Positions 57,290 through 64,000 of a stretch of 64,000 bases of DNA are shown here, piece after piece. Numbering within the stretch: the first letter of the stretch is position 1; each line of letters opens with the position of its first letter. The notes beneath the pieces were generated by a model. The model was given only the letters and a program-made list of their open reading frames with translations, was not told where the DNA came from and ran no database searches. The DNA is taken from assembly GCA_016710285.1 (NCBI GenBank), contig JADJXR010000001.1:3086955-3150954 (forward strand), given 5' to 3'. Origin of the DNA: Chlorobiota bacterium (GTDB lineage: Bacteria > Bacteroidota > Ignavibacteria > OLB7). Both the position numbers and the translations under genes were made by a program.

Positions 57290-58090
57290 TTACCACGCCC
57301 CTTGCCGGCGGAACACCACTCCAAGCGTTTTCACAAGGATGACGCAGTCGCTCCACAAAGTCTGCTTGCGGATATACTGCATGTCGAGCATGACGCGTTC
57401 ATGGAATCCCAGCATATTCCTTCCACTGATTTGCCACAACCCAGAGATTCCCGGGCGGACAAGCTCATAGATTGGAAGGTTATGGCCGTAGTCCTCAATT
57501 TCGCGGGGGAGGATCGGGCGCGGGCCAACAAGGCTCATGGTTCCCTGCAGAACGTTCAGCAATTGGGGAAGTTCGTCAAGGCTGGTTCGGCGAAGGAAGT
57601 TGCCGACGGTGGTCACGCGGGGGTCCTGGCGCAGTTTTCGGTAGGTGTTCCACTGGTGCTGTGCGGTGGGGTTTTCGCGCAGGTAGTGGCGAAGCATATC
57701 GTCCGAGTTATGATACATCGAACGGAACTTGTACATCCCAAACACCTTCCCTTTTTCCCCGATCCGTTTCTGCCGGAAGAGGATAGGCCCCGGGGAATCA
57801 ATCTTGATGGCTATGGCGATAATGGCCATCAGCGGAAGGATGATTGGCATCAACAAGACCGCAATGGCAAGGTCGAACGCCCGTTTTGCGATTTGCTGGA
57901 ACGGGGTAAGGGCTGGCTGGAATGCCAGATGGGCGATAGGCTCTGGGCGGTGAAGGGTTTCCGTGGGGGAAACGCTTATCCCGTCAGCAATTCGGGTAAC
58001 CCGAAAATCGTACTCACGGGGCAGTGCTGCTACTGCTGCCTGCAATGGTTGCCGCCGATACGTCTTTTGTTGCGTGCTTTCGATATTCAA
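57290..58090 (-). CDS. Undecaprenyl-phosphate sugar-1-phosphate transferase (bacterial sugar transferase, WcaJ/EpsL-like).
   Basis: Membrane anchor, then KRAFDL...[24 protein letters not shown]...[21 protein letters not shown], the canonical Bac_transf motifs. Confidence 0.8.
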   Translation of the reverse strand: MNIESTQQKTYRRQPLQAAVAALPREYDFRVTRIADGISVSPTETLHRPEPIAHLAFQPALTPFQQIAKRAFDLAIAVLLMPIILPLMAIIAIAIKIDSPGPILFRQKRIGEKGKVFGMYKFRSMYHNSDDMLRHYLRENPTAQHQWNTYRKLRQDPRVTTVGNFLRRTSLDELPQLLNVLQGTMSLVGPRPILPREIEDYGHNLPIYELVRPGISGLWQISGRNMLGFHERVMLDMQYIRKQTLWSDCVILVKTLGVVFRRQGAW

Positions 58091-58715
58091 AACCGTGCCG
58101 AAGTCGTTGAATGGGAGTTACACAAGCGACAATGCCCGTTTGGGTAGTGGTCACAATGTACATTGCTCCGATAGGCGTGCTCACAGGAAAATGGTTGGAA
58201 AGGGACGTAGCCCCGGTGCGTTGGCACCATTGCTGACGATGCACATGATAAAAATGCACATGCTTGAAGTACCAAGATGTCCCTAAGAAACCTCCTCCTG
58301 AATGATGAATGACCTGCCGGGATCAAGCGGCGCGGCTGCGTAATCGAAGTGCGCCGGTTGGCACAGCAAGCGTGTGTGTGGCCAACAGCGATTCGGAAGT
58401 AGTTGGTAGGTGATCCTTGGTAGAATCGCGCTTCCGGTGTGCACCACCGCTGGTCCGCGTGCAGCAACAGACGGCGCGCAATTTAGGAAGGATTGCCTTT
58501 CCCTGCGCCACTGGCGGCACAAATTTTATTGCTGTACCGGTATTGAAATGCACCAGAACCCGAAAAGTTTCGTGGCGGATTGTGTGCGTTCTGGATGCCG
58601 GTGGCCGCAACACCATCGCACCATCGCCGCAAAATACACAGGAACGCCCCCAGGCCAACCGCCGTAACGGAAGAATACCGAAGCATTCTGCAACCTTCCC
58701 CGCTATCTTTGCCCC

Positions 58716-59474
58716 ATGCACTTCTTCTTCTCCGATGCCCACTTGGGATTAGGCCAACCCGCCGCCAGCCGCCAGCGCGAACAAGCTGTGCTCCGGTTCC
58801 TTCGGATGGTGGGTGAGCAGCGCGCCCAGACCCTGTTCATCGTTGGCGACCTGTTCGACTACTGGTTCGATTACCGCACCGTGATCCCACGCCAATTCGT
58901 CAGGACCCTATCGGCAATTGCGGAGTTGGTGGAGGCGGGAACCCGCGTGGAGTATGTGATTGGCAACCACGATTTCGGCCACCGCGATTTCTTCCAGAAC
59001 GAGCTTGGCGTGGCGGTTCACACCGGCGACTTGGCCACCACGATTGCCGGGCGGCGATGCTACATCAGCCACGGCGACGGCAAAGCATTCAACGACACCG
59101 GCTATCTGATCCTGAAAAAAATCTTGCGTGCACGCATCTCCAACATCCTGTTCCGCGCCGTGCATCCCGACCTTGGAATCGGCCTGGCAATGTGGGCCTC
59201 GCAGCGAAGCCGCGATTACACCTCCCAAAAAAATTACGGAGCCAAAGGGCTTGATGCCGAACAACCTGGGGAGTCGGACGGGCTGTATGCATTTGCCCAG
59301 AAGAAGATCACCCAGGAAGGCTTCCAGCTTGTGGTGATGGGCCACAGCCACGTCCCACGGCGTGTGGAGTTGGAAGGGGGGACGTATATCAACCTTGGTG
59401 CATGGCTGAAGGACCGCTACTACCTGCAACTCAGCGATGAAGGATTGATCTTTCAGCCCTTCACACTACTGTGA
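58716..59474 (+). CDS. lpxH: UDP-2,3-diacylglucosamine diphosphatase (calcineurin-like metallophosphoesterase).
   Basis: Metallophosphoesterase motifs in LpxH order (DAHLGL, GDLFDYW, GNHDF, HGD, GHSHVP) at LpxH length. Confidence 0.7.
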   Translation: MHFFFSDAHLGLGQPAASRQREQAVLRFLRMVGEQRAQTLFIVGDLFDYWFDYRTVIPRQFVRTLSAIAELVEAGTRVEYVIGNHDFGHRDFFQNELGVAVHTGDLATTIAGRRCYISHGDGKAFNDTGYLILKKILRARISNILFRAVHPDLGIGLAMWASQRSRDYTSQKNYGAKGLDAEQPGESDGLYAFAQKKITQEGFQLVVMGHSHVPRRVELEGGTYINLGAWLKDRYYLQLSDEGLIFQPFTLL

Positions 59475-59484
59475 CCCCCACATT

Positions 59485-60435
59485 CTATGACCCTACCTCC
59501 CGATTCACCCCCAACAATCGGAACTGCACCAGCGAGACCGCAAGGATCAGAAGGAACGCAACGTACGCCACCGCCGACGCATACCCCATCATATCTGCCC
59601 GCTCGAACGCGTGCTCGTACACCTGATAGACCAGCGTTGTGGTGGCGTTCAGCGGCCCCCCTTTGGTCATCACATACACCTCGGTGAACACTTGGAAGGA
59701 GCGGATGGTGTTGATAACGATGATGAACAGCAGCATGGGCCGCAACCCGGGCAGCGTTACCGTGCGGAACTGGTCCCATTGCGTTGCCCCGTCCAGCGAA
59801 GCGGCTTCGTACAGGTCGTTGGGAATGGTCTGCAGCGCGGCCAAAAACAGCACGGTGTAGTAGCCAATCGCAATCCAAACATCCATGGCCATGATTGCCG
59901 CCAGCGCCGTTCCCGTGTTCAGCAGCCACCCCTCCTTCGGCCACGGCAATCCAACCATCTTCAGCAGGCTGTTGATGTAGCCATCATGGCTGTACAGGTT
60001 CGTGAAGATCAGCGAAAGGACAACGATGGAGGTGACCGACGGGATAAAATAGCCGCTGCGGTAAAACCCTTTCCAGGCAATGTTCTTGTTCAGCAGCACC
60101 GCAAGCAACAGCGCGAAAATGGTGGTGAACGGAATGGTGCCAACAACAAAAATCAGCGTGTTGACCAACGCCTTCCAGAAGACTTCATCCCCGAACAACC
60201 GCGAGTAGTTGCCCAGGCCAATCCACGTCATCTGGTTGCTAAGGGTTTTGTAGCTGGTGAAGCTCAGATAGAAAGAATAGAGCAACGGCCAAAGCCAAAA
60301 CAACCCAAGCGTCAGCAGCCAGGGTGAAAGAAATCCCCACGTGATGGAGCGGCTTTCTAAACGGTAGGTTCGGGACACAGTGTTGGAAGATCGGTTGTTG
60401 GAATCCGTGCGAGAATTGAGCACTTCGGAAATCAA
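59485..60435 (-). CDS. Carbohydrate ABC transporter permease (MalF/UgpA-like).
   Basis: Six transmembrane segments and the EAA loop LYEAASLDGATQWDQFRTVTLPGLRP. Confidence 0.75.
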   Translation of the reverse strand: MISEVLNSRTDSNNRSSNTVSRTYRLESRSITWGFLSPWLLTLGLFWLWPLLYSFYLSFTSYKTLSNQMTWIGLGNYSRLFGDEVFWKALVNTLIFVVGTIPFTTIFALLLAVLLNKNIAWKGFYRSGYFIPSVTSIVVLSLIFTNLYSHDGYINSLLKMVGLPWPKEGWLLNTGTALAAIMAMDVWIAIGYYTVLFLAALQTIPNDLYEAASLDGATQWDQFRTVTLPGLRPMLLFIIVINTIRSFQVFTEVYVMTKGGPLNATTTLVYQVYEHAFERADMMGYASAVAYVAFLLILAVSLVQFRLLGVNREVGS

Positions 60436-60503
60436 GCAGTTGGAAACGATTGGAAGGGGGGCAATGGATCGGGAAATCCCGCCACCGCCCGCGCGCTAAC
60501 CCG

Positions 60504-63196
<2,693 letters not shown>

Positions 63197-63231
63197 TCGC
63201 GCCAACAGCGCAGCAGCCGCGTAAAAATTCT

Positions 63232-63276
63232 AAAGCCGTTTCCAGGGATTTCTGGAAACGGCTTTACTGTTTTCTG
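63232..63276. terminator. Bidirectional rho-independent terminator.
   Basis: aaagccgtttccag / ctggaaacggcttt inverted repeat, then actgttttctgg. Confidence 0.5.
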
Positions 63277-63294
63277 GTGGCTTGCTGGCGAGGG

Positions 63295-64000
63295 TTATTG
63301 GAATCGCAGCGCATCCACCGGGCGTAATCGGGAGGCAACGTAGGCGGGGAAGAGGGTCGAGAGGACGCAAAGCACCACCGAAACGGAGATCACAATCAAA
63401 TAATGCCAGGGGTTGAGCGAGACCGGAACCGCGTCAATAAAGTAGATGTCGGCATCCAACCGAAGAAACTGGAAATGCTGCTGAGCCAACGTAAACGCCA
63501 GCGAGATCAGGCAGCCCAGCGCGGTCCCAACGCCGCCAATCAGCAGCCCCTGGCCCACAAACACCGACATCACCCCGCCGGGCCCCGCGCCCAACGTTGT
63601 CAGCACGCCGATGGACTCCGTTTTCTCCAGAATCATAATCAGCAACGTGCTGACGATGTTGAACACCGCCACGATGCTGATCAGCGTCAGCACAATGGGA
63701 ATGGGGACCCGTTGCAGATCAAGCCATGCAAAGAACGGGGCAAAGATGTCGTAGAAGGTTTGGGCAAAATGGGGATAGCCCAGCGCAACGCTGATCCGCT
63801 GTGAAACCTGGGCAACGCTGTCAACATCACGGATCAGGATGTCGTAACCGGTGATCTGGTCGTCCTGATATTTCCACAATCGTTGCGCCGTGCGGAGCGA
63901 GGTGTAGGTGTAGATGTCGTCGTGTTCGGCCATTCCGGTGCGGTACAGCCCGCCAACAACAAACTGCTCAATCCCCGCTGGATTTTCTGGGCTTGGGGTC
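63295..64000 (-). CDS. FtsX-family ABC transporter permease (LolC/E-like). The C-terminal portion is in the window and the gene continues past the window end.
   Basis: The reading frame stays open to nt 64000. ...GLYRTGMAEHDDIYTYTSLRTAQRL..., four transmembrane segments and a C-terminus typical of the FtsX/LolE family. Confidence 0.6.
   Translation of the reverse strand, partial: TPSPENPAGIEQFVVGGLYRTGMAEHDDIYTYTSLRTAQRLWKYQDDQITGYDILIRDVDSVAQVSQRISVALGYPHFAQTFYDIFAPFFAWLDLQRVPIPIVLTLISIVAVFNIVSTLLIMILEKTESIGVLTTLGAGPGGVMSVFVGQGLLIGGVGTALGCLISLAFTLAQQHFQFLRLDADIYFIDAVPVSLNPWHYLIVISVSVVLCVLSTLFPAYVASRLRPVDALRFQ

Noticed and set aside
58087-58752. Several 80-140 aa ORFs on both strands in the 58.1-58.7 kb intergenic region.
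   Set aside because: They are mutually overlapping, have no RBS or signal features and have biased Arg/Cys/His composition. The region is kept as possible non-coding regulatory or sRNA sequence.

Overview
This is a GC-rich (roughly 60-68% by eye) bacterial chromosomal segment, densely coded on both strands. Five proteins carry T9SS (Por-secretion) C-terminal sorting domains, which points to an FCB-group (Bacteroidota/Rhodothermota-like) organism. No rRNA, CRISPR array, IS element, integrase or transposase is visible.

Core housekeeping genes are clearly recognisable:
- The conserved ffh-rpsP-rimM-trmD-rplS block, followed on the same strand by purK.
- recG, xseA, ribE, ligA, secG, lpxH, ggt and one tRNA-Leu(GAG).
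- A heme cluster hemH-hemY-hemB-hemL.

Accessory content:
- A conspicuously AT-rich (~42-45% GC) two-gene islet, an ABC-type AAA_21 ATPase plus a DUF4276 (TOPRIM/RloB-like) protein. It sits with zero intergenic spacing between purK and a GH43-like glycosidase. This is the best candidate for a horizontally acquired OLD/PARIS/Gabija-like anti-phage module.
- A family of dispersed palindromic REP/MITE-like intergenic repeats at five loci, two of them tandemly amplified.
- Two tandem paralogous ~1,720-aa secreted proteins (vWA, NHL repeats, multiple Ig-like domains, T9SS CTD) whose 3' ends are near-identical. One of them carries a homopolymer frameshift.
- A 1,796-aa tandem two-module heparinase-II/III-like lyase joined by a Gly/Asn/Asp linker that is encoded by 15-nt DNA repeats.
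- An AAC(6')-I-like aminoglycoside acetyltransferase beside the heme cluster.
- A second homopolymer frameshift, in a PD40/OmpA-family gene.

Coordinates taken from the ORF track should be exact. Coordinates read off the sequence lines may be off by 1-3 nt.
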